Positions 39,799 to 49,315 of a DNA stretch of 57,055 bases are shown here, piece after piece. The notes beneath the pieces were generated by a model. It searched no databases and had not been told where the DNA came from. It saw only the letters and a program-made list of their open reading frames with translations. The stretch spans positions 1 to 57,055 of the forward strand of contig CANFCX010000003.1 of NCBI GenBank assembly GCA_947445225.1, given 5' to 3'. Each line of letters begins with the position of its first letter. The stretch's first letter is position 1. Origin of the DNA: Rhodospirillales bacterium. GTDB taxonomy: Bacteria; Pseudomonadota; Alphaproteobacteria; CACIAM-22H2. The position numbers and the translations under genes were made by a program.

Positions 39799-39809
39799 TC
39801 CGGGAAAAC

Positions 39810-41192
39810 ATGGTCCGCGCGCTCGGTTACTTCATCCTTCTGGCGGCGGTGATGGCCGCCGTCGCCTGGTTCGCCGACCGCCCGGGCGAAGTCACCATCG
39901 TATGGCAGGGTTGGCGCATCGACGCGACGGTCGGCATGGTTGTGCTAGCCGTCGGCATCGTCGCTGTTGTCGCCGCCGCGGTGCATCACCTCTGGTGGCG
40001 AATTCGGCGGCTGCCGCGTGATTGGGCGCGGCGCCGGCACGATCATCGGCGGCGGCGCGGCTATCTGGCCTTGACCCAGGGCATGGTCGCGGTCGCGGCC
40101 GGCGATCCGGACGAGGCGCAGCGGCAGGCGCGGCGCGCCGATGTCCTGCTCTCCGAGCCGCCCCTGACCATGCTGCTATCGGCCCAGGCGGCCCAGCTCA
40201 TGGGCGACGACAACGCCGCCAATCGCTATTTCACCGCGATGCTCGAACGGCCGGAGACGGCTTTCCTCGGCTTGCGCGGCTTGCTCATGGGGGCGATGCG
40301 CCGGGGCGACCGAAAAGCCGCGCTTGACCTTGCCCGCCGCGCCCGATTGTTGAGGCCGCGAACGCCATGGGTGCTGACCACACTCTTTGAGTTGGAGACC
40401 ACGGCCGGCGAGTTGGCGGCGGCGGAGCTGACCCTGGGCGACGCCATCGACAATGGGGCGTTCGCCGCGGCGGCGGGCCGGCGCAAACGTGCGGTCCTTT
40501 TGGCCGAAAAGAGCCGCGTTGACGACGCCGCCGGGCGTGCGGCTGACGCTTTGGCGGCGGCCAAACAGGCGGTCGCGGCCGATCCGACGCTGGTGCCGGC
40601 GGCGGCGCGCTGGTCGCGCCTGCTCGCGGCCTCCGGGCGCACCCGGAAGGCGGCGAAGGTTGCCGAGGCCGCCTATGCGCTCTCGCCGCATCCCGACCTG
40701 GTGCAGGCCTTTCTCGGGGCGCGCGGCGAAACCGATCCGGTGTTGCGCTACCAGCGCGTGGAAGGCCTATCGCGATCGGCGCCCGACCACCCGGAAAGCC
40801 GCTTTGCGCTCGCCGAAGCAGCACTTGCCGCACGTTTGTGGGGGGAGGCGCGCCGGCATCTGGCCGCGCTGAACGGTCATCTCGAGGCGCGGCATTGCCG
40901 GTTGATGGCGCAGGTCGAGGAAGGGGAACACGCCAATCGCCAGGCCGCCGCCCTGTGGCTGGCCCGCGCCGCCGGCGGTGGCGCCGACGGGGCCGCGCCG
41001 GACCCGACTTGGGTATGCGGAAGCTGCGGCGCCGTCGCCGCGTTTTGGACCGCGCTCTGCGGACATTGCGGCAATTTCGACACGCTCGCCTGGCGCGAAC
41101 CGGGTTGGATCGCGCCGAAGGTTAGCGGAGCCCCGCCGCCCCTGCTTGCGGCCGCGAGCACGGCGACACCCGGCTCGGAGCCCGCGGCATGA
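39810..41192 (+). CDS. hemY: HemY-like TPR membrane protein with C-terminal zinc ribbon
   Basis: WFADRPGEV, two TM, LLSAQAAQ, FLGLRGL, PHPDL, WVCGSC...CGHCGNFD. Confidence 0.85.
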   Translation: MVRALGYFILLAAVMAAVAWFADRPGEVTIVWQGWRIDATVGMVVLAVGIVAVVAAAVHHLWWRIRRLPRDWARRRHDHRRRRGYLALTQGMVAVAAGDPDEAQRQARRADVLLSEPPLTMLLSAQAAQLMGDDNAANRYFTAMLERPETAFLGLRGLLMGAMRRGDRKAALDLARRARLLRPRTPWVLTTLFELETTAGELAAAELTLGDAIDNGAFAAAAGRRKRAVLLAEKSRVDDAAGRAADALAAAKQAVAADPTLVPAAARWSRLLAASGRTRKAAKVAEAAYALSPHPDLVQAFLGARGETDPVLRYQRVEGLSRSAPDHPESRFALAEAALAARLWGEARRHLAALNGHLEARHCRLMAQVEEGEHANRQAAALWLARAAGGGADGAAPDPTWVCGSCGAVAAFWTALCGHCGNFDTLAWREPGWIAPKVSGAPPPLLAAASTATPGSEPAA

Positions 41193-42664
41193 GCGGAAAG
41201 CCGGCGGCACCGCCGGCAGAGCGTTCCGCCGCTTTCGAGGGCACGGTTCTCGAGGGCAGGTCGGGCCGCGCGCCCGCCTCCCTGGCCGATGCCAGTCGCA
41301 TCGCCGAGGCGGAAAAACTTTATGCCCAGGGTGTCGCCCTGCATCGCGCTCGCAAATTCGACGACGCGGCGAAGTTCTACGACCGGGCGCTCAAGCTGAA
41401 TCCCGATATGCCCCATGGCTACAACAATCTCGGCGTCCTCCTCCGCACCCAGCGCAAATACGCGGCCGCGATCGCGGTCTATCAGTTGGGGTTAAGGGCC
41501 GATGTGGACAATCCGGGCATTTATTCCAATCTCGGGAACGCCCTCAAGGACGCAGGCCGATTCGACGAGGCGGTCGCGGCGCATCGGCACGCCGTGACGC
41601 TGGCGCCAACCTCGCCCGATACACTGAACAACCTGGCGATCGCCCTGAAGGCAGCGGGGCGGTTTCGGGAAGCGCTCGACGGCTTCGAGCAGGTCATCGC
41701 GCTCAAGCCATCACACCTCGATGCGCAATGGGATCGGGCGCTGCTCCTGCTGCATCACGGCGATTTGGCGCGCGGTTTCCCAGCCTATGAATCGCGGTGG
41801 CGGCTGCGCGACGTCAAGGCGCCGGCTTTCGAGCAGCCGCGGTGGGACGGCACGCCCTTCCCCGGAAAAACGATCCTGCTGTTCGGCGAACAGGGTTTCG
41901 GCGACACCATTCAATTCGTCCGTTATGCGGCGCGCGTGAAGGCATTGGGCGGGACCGTCTTTGTGGAATGTCGTCCCGGCCTCGGCCGGTTGTTCGAGGG
42001 AACCGCGGGCGTGGATCGTGTTTTCGAACGGGGATCTGGGCTGCCCGCCTTTGACCTGCAATGCCCGTTGATGTCGCTGCCCGCGGTCATGGGAACCGAT
42101 GCCGCGACCATTCCGTCGGATGTTCCCTATCTTCAGGTCAGCGCGGCGGCCATCGCCAAGGCCCGTGCCAGACTCGATTCCCCCGGTAAAGCGTTCCGCA
42201 TCGGCATCGTCTGGGCCGGCAGCCCCACCCACAAGAACGATCACAACCGCTCGCTCGAGCTGGAGCCGTTTCTTCGCCTCCTCGAGGTGCCCGGCACGCG
42301 GCTGTTCAGCTTGCAAAAGGGGCCGGCGCGCGGCCAACTCGCCGCCCTGGGTCTGGATTCCGTCGTCACCGATCTCGACGCCGCCATCGGCGATTTCACC
42401 GACACGGCCGCTTTTATCTGCGCGCTCGATCTGGTGGTGACGGTCGACAGCGCCGTCGCCCACCTTGCCGGCGCGCTGGGCCGGCCGGCCTGGGTGATGG
42501 TGCCCTTCGTCCCGGATTGGCGATGGATGGAGGGCATCGCCCATTCGCCGTGGTATCCGAGCCTGCGCCTGTTCCGGCAGCCGGGCCATGGGGATTGGTC
42601 CGCGGTCGTGGGGGACATCGTGGCCGCGCTGAACCAGGCCGTGGCCGCGAACCCCGGGGTTTGA
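41189..42664 (+). CDS. TPR repeat + GT9-like glycosyltransferase
   Basis: TPRs (NNLG), YESRW, EQGFGDTIQFVRY, WAGSP, VDSAVAHLAGALG, PDWRW, SPWYPS. Confidence 0.88.
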   Translation: MSGKPAAPPAERSAAFEGTVLEGRSGRAPASLADASRIAEAEKLYAQGVALHRARKFDDAAKFYDRALKLNPDMPHGYNNLGVLLRTQRKYAAAIAVYQLGLRADVDNPGIYSNLGNALKDAGRFDEAVAAHRHAVTLAPTSPDTLNNLAIALKAAGRFREALDGFEQVIALKPSHLDAQWDRALLLLHHGDLARGFPAYESRWRLRDVKAPAFEQPRWDGTPFPGKTILLFGEQGFGDTIQFVRYAARVKALGGTVFVECRPGLGRLFEGTAGVDRVFERGSGLPAFDLQCPLMSLPAVMGTDAATIPSDVPYLQVSAAAIAKARARLDSPGKAFRIGIVWAGSPTHKNDHNRSLELEPFLRLLEVPGTRLFSLQKGPARGQLAALGLDSVVTDLDAAIGDFTDTAAFICALDLVVTVDSAVAHLAGALGRPAWVMVPFVPDWRWMEGIAHSPWYPSLRLFRQPGHGDWSAVVGDIVAALNQAVAANPGV

Positions 42665-42675
42665 GCGACGCGTTC

Positions 42676-44391
42676 ATGGCGAAGGGCAACCGGATTTCGA
42701 CGCAGGCTCAGGTGGCACGCGGTTCAAACGACGACGCCGACCGTTTCTTCGCGCGCGCCTTGACGAGCCATCGCGGCGGCGATCTTCACAAGGCCGTCGG
42801 CGACTACACGCGCGCCATAGCGGCCCGGCCCGACCATGCCGATGCCCTGAATAATCTGGGCGTGGCCTTGCGGGCGCTTGGCCGCGATGGCGAGGCCGCG
42901 GCCGTGTTGCGGCGGGCGATCGAAGCCCGTCCGCGTCAGGCCGATTTTCACTACAATTTGGGCAACGCCCTGCGTGGCTTGGGGCGCCGCGAGGATGCCG
43001 TGGCCAGTTATCGGAGCGCGCTTTCGTGCGATCCGAAATCGATCCAGGCCCTTACCAATCTTGGTCTTTTGCTGCGCGATCTCGGGCGGCACGAAGAGGC
43101 CGTTGAGGCTCACGCCAACGCCGCCCGGCTCGATCCCACCTCGGCCGAATGCCTCAACAATCTCGGCTCGTCGTTGTTGGACGATGGCAAGCCGGAGGCG
43201 GCGTTGCTGGCGCTGCGCCGCGCCGCCATGCTCAAGCCCGATTATGCCGCCGCGTTGTACAATCAGGGCCTCGCCCAATTCAATTTGGGGCGTCTGGACG
43301 AGGCTGCCGCCTGCCATCGCGCGGCCATCGCATTAAAGCCGGACATGGCCGAGGCCCATGCCAATCTCGGCCAGGCCCTGGTTGGGGTCGGGCGGTTCGA
43401 CGACGCCATGGCCTGCTTCAATCGGGCGAAATCGCTGTCACCCGACAATCTCGACGCCAATCTCGGCCGCGCGCGGGCGTTGCTGCTGATCGGCCGCTTC
43501 AAGGAAGGCTGGGAGGCCTATGAATGGCGCTGGCGCCGCCCCAACAATCCGCCGCGCCAGTTTCCGCAGCCAATCTGGGACGGCGCCCCGCTCGATGGGC
43601 GAACGATCCTGCTGTATCCCGAGCAGGGTTTGGGCGACACAATTCAATTCGTGAGATACGCGCCGAAACTGGCGGAATTGGGCGCGCGCGTCGTCCTCGA
43701 ATGCCAGCCGCCCCTGCTGCGGCTTTTCTCCGGACTTCCCGGGGTGGAATCGATCGTCTCGCAGGGCGGTGCCCTGCCGAATTTCGACGTACACCTTCCG
43801 CTTTTGAGCCTTCCCCGAATCCTCGGCACGGAAATGGCGACAATCCCGGCCACCGCTCCCTATCTGCCAATGCCACCGGCGGGGCCACCCGTGCCGGCCG
43901 CCCCGGCCGGAACACGGTTGCGAATCGGCATCTCCTGGGCCGGCAACCCAAAACATCAGAACGACCGGTTTCGATCCTGCCCGCTGGCGCTTTTTCTCGA
44001 CCTCGCCGCGATACCGGGCGTGGCCCTTTATTCCCTGCAGGTGGGACCGGCGGCGGCGGACATCAAGAAGCTGGGCCTAGACGGCCTGATCCCCGACCTG
44101 GGTGCGGGGTTTGGCGACTTCGCGGAAACCGCCGCCGCCGTGACGCAGCTCGATCTTGTCATCGCCGTGGACACGGCCATCGTCCACCTCGCCGGCGCGT
44201 TGGCTCGGCCAACATGGGTCATCCTGCCGCAGGTGCCCGACTGGCGGTGGCTAGAGCAAGGCGATCGCAATCCGTGGTATCCTACGTTGCGCCTGTGGCG
44301 ACAGGAGCGGCTGGGGGATTGGCCGCCGGTTTTCGCGCGCATGGCGGCGGCACTGGGGGGGCTTGCCGAGGCTCGGCGGCACCCTTCCTGA
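42676..44391 (+). CDS. TPR repeat + GT9-like glycosyltransferase (paralog with more TPRs)
   Basis: About 7 TPRs, YEWRW, EQGLGDTIQFVRY, VDTAIVHLAGAL, PDWRW, PWYPT. Confidence 0.88.
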   Translation: MAKGNRISTQAQVARGSNDDADRFFARALTSHRGGDLHKAVGDYTRAIAARPDHADALNNLGVALRALGRDGEAAAVLRRAIEARPRQADFHYNLGNALRGLGRREDAVASYRSALSCDPKSIQALTNLGLLLRDLGRHEEAVEAHANAARLDPTSAECLNNLGSSLLDDGKPEAALLALRRAAMLKPDYAAALYNQGLAQFNLGRLDEAAACHRAAIALKPDMAEAHANLGQALVGVGRFDDAMACFNRAKSLSPDNLDANLGRARALLLIGRFKEGWEAYEWRWRRPNNPPRQFPQPIWDGAPLDGRTILLYPEQGLGDTIQFVRYAPKLAELGARVVLECQPPLLRLFSGLPGVESIVSQGGALPNFDVHLPLLSLPRILGTEMATIPATAPYLPMPPAGPPVPAAPAGTRLRIGISWAGNPKHQNDRFRSCPLALFLDLAAIPGVALYSLQVGPAAADIKKLGLDGLIPDLGAGFGDFAETAAAVTQLDLVIAVDTAIVHLAGALARPTWVILPQVPDWRWLEQGDRNPWYPTLRLWRQERLGDWPPVFARMAAALGGLAEARRHPS

Positions 44392-44408
44392 AGGGGAGCA
44401 GGCAATAC

Positions 44409-46838
44409 ATGGAAGGCACAACCCCGGTTCCCGTCGAGCGGCGTCTACGCCGCGATCGGCGCCAATCGGATCAACCGCAAACCGGTCCGGATCGGCGTTC
44501 GGGGGATGAGCGGCGCTCGAAATGGCGTTCCCTGGCCTTTATCGCCAAGCGCAGCACGGCTGTCCGGCGCGACAAGAACCGTCGCAGCGTCCCCTTTCGG
44601 CAGCGCATCGTACCGTTCCTTCGCGGGATCGTGTGGTCCCAGCGCACATTCGCGTTCGTTCTGTTGCTGTTATTCGTTTCCCTGCGTCAGTGGGATCCGG
44701 CGCCGGTCCAATTGCTGCGCGAACGGGGCTTCGATTTCATCCAATCGATGCGGCCGAATGTTATGGCGCCCGAACCCAATGTCGTCATTGTCGATATTGA
44801 CGAAAAGAGCCTGGCCAAGATCGGCCAGTGGCCGTGGCCGCGCGTTCTGCTCGCGCAGTTGGTCGAAAATATTATCCTCGACTATGGGGCATTGGTGGTC
44901 GGCTTCGACATCGTGTTCGCCGAGCCGGACCGCGTTTCGCCGCCGAAGCTGGCCGAATTCGTTAGGCCGTACGATCCACAAACCGCCGACGCCTTACTTA
45001 AATTGCCCGACAGCGACGAAGTTTTTGCCGCGGCCTTGAAGCGCACCAGCGTGGTGGCGGGTCAGTCCGGGCATTTTGACGAAAGCCTGGGCAAAGGGAC
45101 GCCGCCGGTGCGAACGACGATTGCCGAGATCGGCGGCGATCCGCGGCCGTACCTCCTCAACTTCGGCGGCATGGTGCGCAATCTGCCCATCATCGAGGAG
45201 GCCGCCGCCGGTCGCGGGATGTTTACGGTCAGCCCGGAGCCCGATGGCGTTGTTCGCCGAGTGCCCGCAATCATGTCGGTGGGAAAGGACTTGTATCCGA
45301 CTCTTTCCATCGAAATGTTGCGCGTGGCGCTGGGGGGAAGCAACATCGCCATCAAATCGGACCTCAACGGCGTGAAAAGTGTTGTTGTCGCGGGTTTTGA
45401 AGTTCCTACGGACACCTCGGCGCGGGTGCGCCCTCATTTTGCCCACTACGATAGGCCCCGTTATATCCCGGCGATCGACATCCTAACCGGCGAGGTCGAT
45501 CCCAAACGCCTCAATCGAAAACTCGTGCTCCTTGGAACTTCGGCGCTGGGGCTCGTCGACAACAAGACCACGCCGGTCGACCAATTCCTGCCGGGTGTGG
45601 AAGTTCACGCCCAACTCATCGAGGGCATGATTGCCGGAACATTGCTCACGCAATGGCAATGGATCGCGGAAGGCAAAATAATACTCGACGCAAAAATGGC
45701 TGAAATCTTGCTGGCGTTTGTTGTCGGCGCGATGATGATTTGGCTGGTGCCGCGATTCGGCGCTAAGCCCATGCTAATCATGTTCTTTGCCATTGCCGGC
45801 ACTCTCATGGGCGGCACGACATATTTGTTCATCGAACAAAGGCAACTCCTGGATTTCATCTTTCCGGCCGGCACGGCGCTCGTTCTGTTCATGCTGCTCG
45901 GTTACCTGAACTACGCCCGCGAGGAGGCCCAAAAGAAACAGGTGCGCGGAGCCTTCAGCCGCTACATGTCGCCGGCCCTGGTCGAAAAATTGGCGCAATT
46001 TCCGGAATCCCTGAAACTCGGCGGCGAAACCCGGGACATGACGATCATGTTCTCCGACATTCGCGGCTTCACCACGATTTCCGAACAATTCGACGCCGAA
46101 GGCCTCACTCGATTCATCAACCGGTTCCTTACGCCCATGACGGACATCATCCTCAAGGGCCGCGGCACCATCGACAAATACATGGGCGACGCCATCATGG
46201 CGTTCTGGAACGCGCCGTTGGACGACGAAGAACATGCGCGTCACGCCTGTCGTTCTGGACTGGCGATGATGGCCGAATGCCGCCTTCTTAATCAGCGTTG
46301 GAAGGCGGAGGCGGAGGCCGAGGGGCGCAAATTCATTCCGGTCAATATCGGCGTCGGGCTCAATTCCGGCAGCGTGTGCGTCGGCAACATGGGTTCGGAT
46401 TTGCGCTTCGACTATTCGGTGCTCGGCGATGACGTCAATCTGGCGTCGCGCCTGGAAGGCCAATCCAAGACCTATGGCGTCGACATCGTCATCGGCAAGA
46501 ACACGCGCGACGGCGTTCCCGATTTTGCCACCATCGAAATCGACATGATCAAGGTGAAGGGCAAGACCCAGCCGGTTCGCATCTTTGCCTTGCTCGGCGA
46601 TGAAACGGTGGCCGCGACGCCATCAATTCAAAGCCTTTGCAAGCTGAACGACGCCTTGATCACGTCTTATAGGGCGCAGGAATGGGATAAGACCCTGGCA
46701 TTGATCGCACAGGCCCGCCCGTTGGGCGAAGGCAAGCTGAACACGCTGTACGAACTTTATGAGGAGCGTGTCGCCTATTACCGGGAAAACCCGCCGGGTG
46801 CGGATTGGGACGGCGTCTACGTCGCAACCTCGAAATAA
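44409..46838 (+). CDS. CHASE2 domain class III adenylate/guanylate cyclase
   Basis: IVDIDEKSL..GQWPWPR, DGVVRR, PGVEVHA; 3 TM; FSDIRGFT, DKYMGDAIM, GDDVNLASRLEG, WDGV. Confidence 0.93.
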   Translation: MEGTTPVPVERRLRRDRRQSDQPQTGPDRRSGDERRSKWRSLAFIAKRSTAVRRDKNRRSVPFRQRIVPFLRGIVWSQRTFAFVLLLLFVSLRQWDPAPVQLLRERGFDFIQSMRPNVMAPEPNVVIVDIDEKSLAKIGQWPWPRVLLAQLVENIILDYGALVVGFDIVFAEPDRVSPPKLAEFVRPYDPQTADALLKLPDSDEVFAAALKRTSVVAGQSGHFDESLGKGTPPVRTTIAEIGGDPRPYLLNFGGMVRNLPIIEEAAAGRGMFTVSPEPDGVVRRVPAIMSVGKDLYPTLSIEMLRVALGGSNIAIKSDLNGVKSVVVAGFEVPTDTSARVRPHFAHYDRPRYIPAIDILTGEVDPKRLNRKLVLLGTSALGLVDNKTTPVDQFLPGVEVHAQLIEGMIAGTLLTQWQWIAEGKIILDAKMAEILLAFVVGAMMIWLVPRFGAKPMLIMFFAIAGTLMGGTTYLFIEQRQLLDFIFPAGTALVLFMLLGYLNYAREEAQKKQVRGAFSRYMSPALVEKLAQFPESLKLGGETRDMTIMFSDIRGFTTISEQFDAEGLTRFINRFLTPMTDIILKGRGTIDKYMGDAIMAFWNAPLDDEEHARHACRSGLAMMAECRLLNQRWKAEAEAEGRKFIPVNIGVGLNSGSVCVGNMGSDLRFDYSVLGDDVNLASRLEGQSKTYGVDIVIGKNTRDGVPDFATIEIDMIKVKGKTQPVRIFALLGDETVAATPSIQSLCKLNDALITSYRAQEWDKTLALIAQARPLGEGKLNTLYELYEERVAYYRENPPGADWDGVYVATSK

Positions 46839-46857
46839 CAGGCCGCGTGCGTCGCCT

Positions 46858-48501
46858 TCAGCGTTGATCCCGGGGAGGCTCGAAGCCCATGAAATTCCAT
46901 GGGCTTCCCGCTCGGTCAAGCTGACCCTCGAACCGCGTGCTTTGCTTTTCCACGTTGCCGGCGAGATCCTCGCGGGTCGCGGGTCGTGACGGTATCGCCG
47001 CCGGTGTCCGCGACGCCGGGCTTGCCGTCGGAATGGCCGCCGGTGCAGTCGCGGCCCTTTGGCTCGCCGGCGCCGGGGTAACGACAGCGGCGACCGGCGC
47101 AACCGGCGCCTCTGGCTTTGCCGCCGCGGCCGGGGGTGCAACCCGCGTGGTGGCGACGACCGCGCCCGGACGAACCGGGGGCTCGATCGCCCCGGTTTGC
47201 GGCGTGACGCCCAGCGTCGTCGGCGTCAGGCGACCCATGGCGTTCAGCGTCCGGTAGACGGCCTTGCGCGCATCGAACGCGGCCCCGACGAAGTTGATGC
47301 GCGCGCTGTAGACCTCGTTTTCGGCATCGAGCACGTTCAACGCGGATTCGCGGCCGGCGTCGCGAAGCTTGACGCGGGCGTCGAAGACCTCCGAAGCGAT
47401 GTTGACGGCGTTTTGCAACAGCCCAACGCGCTCGCGGGTGGTCAGCATTTCATTCCAAGCCATCCGGACTTCTTCAACGATCCGCCGCGAGCCGAGGTTC
47501 AAATTGTCCTTCGACGCCTCGAAGTTCAGCGACGCCTCGGCGACCCCGGCGCGTTTGGCGAAACCGGAGAACAATTCCCAGGTCGCCTTGAGGAGGACGG
47601 AGAAATCGCGTCGCGTCCCGCGCGTGGCGTCGGCATCCTGTTCGATATTGCTCTTACCCACCAAGTCCAGCTTTGGAAAATATTCGGCGAAGGCGACATC
47701 GCGCTTGGTATCGGCCAGATCGACCTGGCGTGCCGTCGATTGCAGGGCGGGATTTCCCGACAGCGCGATGCGTGCGGCGTCTTCGACTGTCTCCGGTATC
47801 TGCTCCACCGGCGCCAGGGGATCGGCCATGGCATCGGGATTGGGCCGGTGGTCGAATATTTGGGTGTAACGCGCCACGGCATCGTTGAATTGGCCTTCGA
47901 ACGCGACACGCCTTTCCTTGGCGAGCTGCAAACGCGAGCGCGCAAGCAATTCGTCCACGGCCAGGCCGCCGCCGCGCTGCACGCGTTCGCTTTCCAAATT
48001 GAGCTGGCGTTGAACCGTGGCCTCATTGTTGCGGGCGAGATTGACGAGCTGCGAGTTGCGGAGGACGTCCAGATAGGCGGACACGGCGTCGAACAACACC
48101 GATTGCCGCGTGCCCTCTAACGCCAAGCCGGCGATATCCGCCGAAACCCGCGCGCCTTCGTAATTGCCGTCGCGTTTGCCCCCGTCGAAGATGCGTTGGG
48201 TCAAGGTCAGGGTGGCTTTGTCGCGCACGATGCCCGATGCCGCGCCCTCGGTGCGGCGGCGCGCGGGGCTGTCGATGCTCTCATACCCGGTATCGCCGTC
48301 CGCGGTCAGGGTCGGCAGGTACTCCCCGAACGATTTCTTGATGCCTTCCTGAGCGGCGGCGGCGCCCTTTTCGGCGGCCTTGATGCGGGGATTGCTCGTC
48401 AGCAGCCCGACCAACTCCGTGCTTAGGGACTGGGCGGTCGCATCGGCGGCCGTAAAAACGACAACAACCGCCGTCAGGACGCAAAGTTTCAGCTTAGGCA
48501 T
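46858..48501 (-). CDS. TolC family outer membrane protein (type I secretion-like) with Pro/Ala-rich C-terminal tail
   Basis: Signal peptide, NPRI, YLPTL, QRIFDGG, AYLDVL, LNVLDAENE. Confidence 0.88.
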   Translation of the reverse strand: MPKLKLCVLTAVVVVFTAADATAQSLSTELVGLLTSNPRIKAAEKGAAAAQEGIKKSFGEYLPTLTADGDTGYESIDSPARRRTEGAASGIVRDKATLTLTQRIFDGGKRDGNYEGARVSADIAGLALEGTRQSVLFDAVSAYLDVLRNSQLVNLARNNEATVQRQLNLESERVQRGGGLAVDELLARSRLQLAKERRVAFEGQFNDAVARYTQIFDHRPNPDAMADPLAPVEQIPETVEDAARIALSGNPALQSTARQVDLADTKRDVAFAEYFPKLDLVGKSNIEQDADATRGTRRDFSVLLKATWELFSGFAKRAGVAEASLNFEASKDNLNLGSRRIVEEVRMAWNEMLTTRERVGLLQNAVNIASEVFDARVKLRDAGRESALNVLDAENEVYSARINFVGAAFDARKAVYRTLNAMGRLTPTTLGVTPQTGAIEPPVRPGAVVATTRVAPPAAAAKPEAPVAPVAAVVTPAPASQRAATAPAAIPTASPASRTPAAIPSRPATREDLAGNVEKQSTRFEGQLDRAGSPWNFMGFEPPRDQR

Positions 48502-48610
48502 CTCAACTCCCCTACCCATCGCATGAGCTCGTATCTCGACACCCGGCTTCGATCCCAAGCGCGTCGGGAGTCGTCCCATTGAGACGAGTATCGCGAAGAT
48601 AGGTTCCTGA

Positions 48611-48668
48611 ATCGAGGCTGTCAAAATATCAGTTTGGCCGGCCAAACTGATATTTTGACAGCCTCGAT
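48611..48668. repeat. Perfect 58-bp palindrome without spacer
   Basis: ATCGAGGCTGTCAAAATATCAGTTTGGCC|GGCCAAACTGATATTTTGACAGCCTCGAT. Confidence 0.95.
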
Positions 48669-48731
48669 AAGCCTGGCCCCTTTCCGTTCGATCCGGGGTG
48701 CTTTATACCAAGGCAGCAAGAGCCCAAAGCC

Positions 48732-49154
48732 ATGAACGACCATCGCCGTTATGCCCGCGCGATCGAGCTGCTCCGAGCAGCGAAATTGCGCCCCACACGC
48801 CAGCGGATGGCGCTCGCCCGCCTGCTTTTTGCCACCGGCCACCGGCATGTCACCGCCGAGACCCTTCATGACGAGGCGCTGGCGGCGCATGTTCGGGTTT
48901 CCCTGGCCACGGTCTACAACGCGCTGCATCGGTTCACGGCCGCGGGGCTGCTGCGCGAGGTGGTCGTCGACGGCCAGCGATCCTGTTTCGATACCAACAC
49001 CACCGATCATCAGCATTTCTTCATCGAGGAAGAGGGGCAGCTTCAAGACATTCCGGCCGCCAGCGTGCAGATCACCGGATTGCCCGCACCGCCGCCGGGA
49101 ACCAGCATCCGGCGCGTCGATGTCATCGTCCGCGTGGCAAAAGTATCGGGCTAG
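48732..49154 (+). CDS. irr: Iron response regulator Irr (Fur family)
   Basis: LRPTRQRMALARLLF, RHVTAE, SLATVYNALH, FDTNTTDHQHF, VDVIVR. Confidence 0.88.
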   Translation: MNDHRRYARAIELLRAAKLRPTRQRMALARLLFATGHRHVTAETLHDEALAAHVRVSLATVYNALHRFTAAGLLREVVVDGQRSCFDTNTTDHQHFFIEEEGQLQDIPAASVQITGLPAPPPGTSIRRVDVIVRVAKVSG

Positions 49155-49184
49155 TTGTTGGCCCAATCGAGTGACAGCCAGTAA

Positions 49185-49233
49185 ATTAGAATCGTTCTAA
49201 AATATTGACAGCGTTGGGCGGCGCTGCCATATG
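49185..49233 (+). promoter_or_regulatory. Iron control element (ICE) adjacent to sigma70-like promoter of the rubrerythrin operon
   Basis: ATTAGAA-TCG-TTCTAAA (49185-49201; one mismatch to TTTAGAA-N3-TTCTAAA), TTGACA 49205-49210, 17-bp spacer, CATATG. Confidence 0.82.
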
Positions 49234-49315
49234 AAACGGTGACGGAATTCGCGGCCTCGGCCGCGGATTTCGGAAAGATTGTCGTCCACCAACACGTCCG
49301 CTGAAAAGGTGCATC

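Noticed and set aside
39810-41192. Protoporphyrinogen oxidase function for HemY
   Set aside because: No FAD-binding motif; this is the proteobacterial TPR-type HemY
41189-44391. Repeated AACAATCTCGGC-like sequences as a CRISPR or DNA repeat array
   Set aside because: They are degenerate codons of TPR NNLG motifs inside coding sequence; no cas genes or constant repeats
43524-44408. Apparent 1104-aa cyclase with a long N-terminal extension
   Set aside because: The extension overlaps the TPR-GT gene in another frame; the plausible start is ATG 44409 after a GGAG SD
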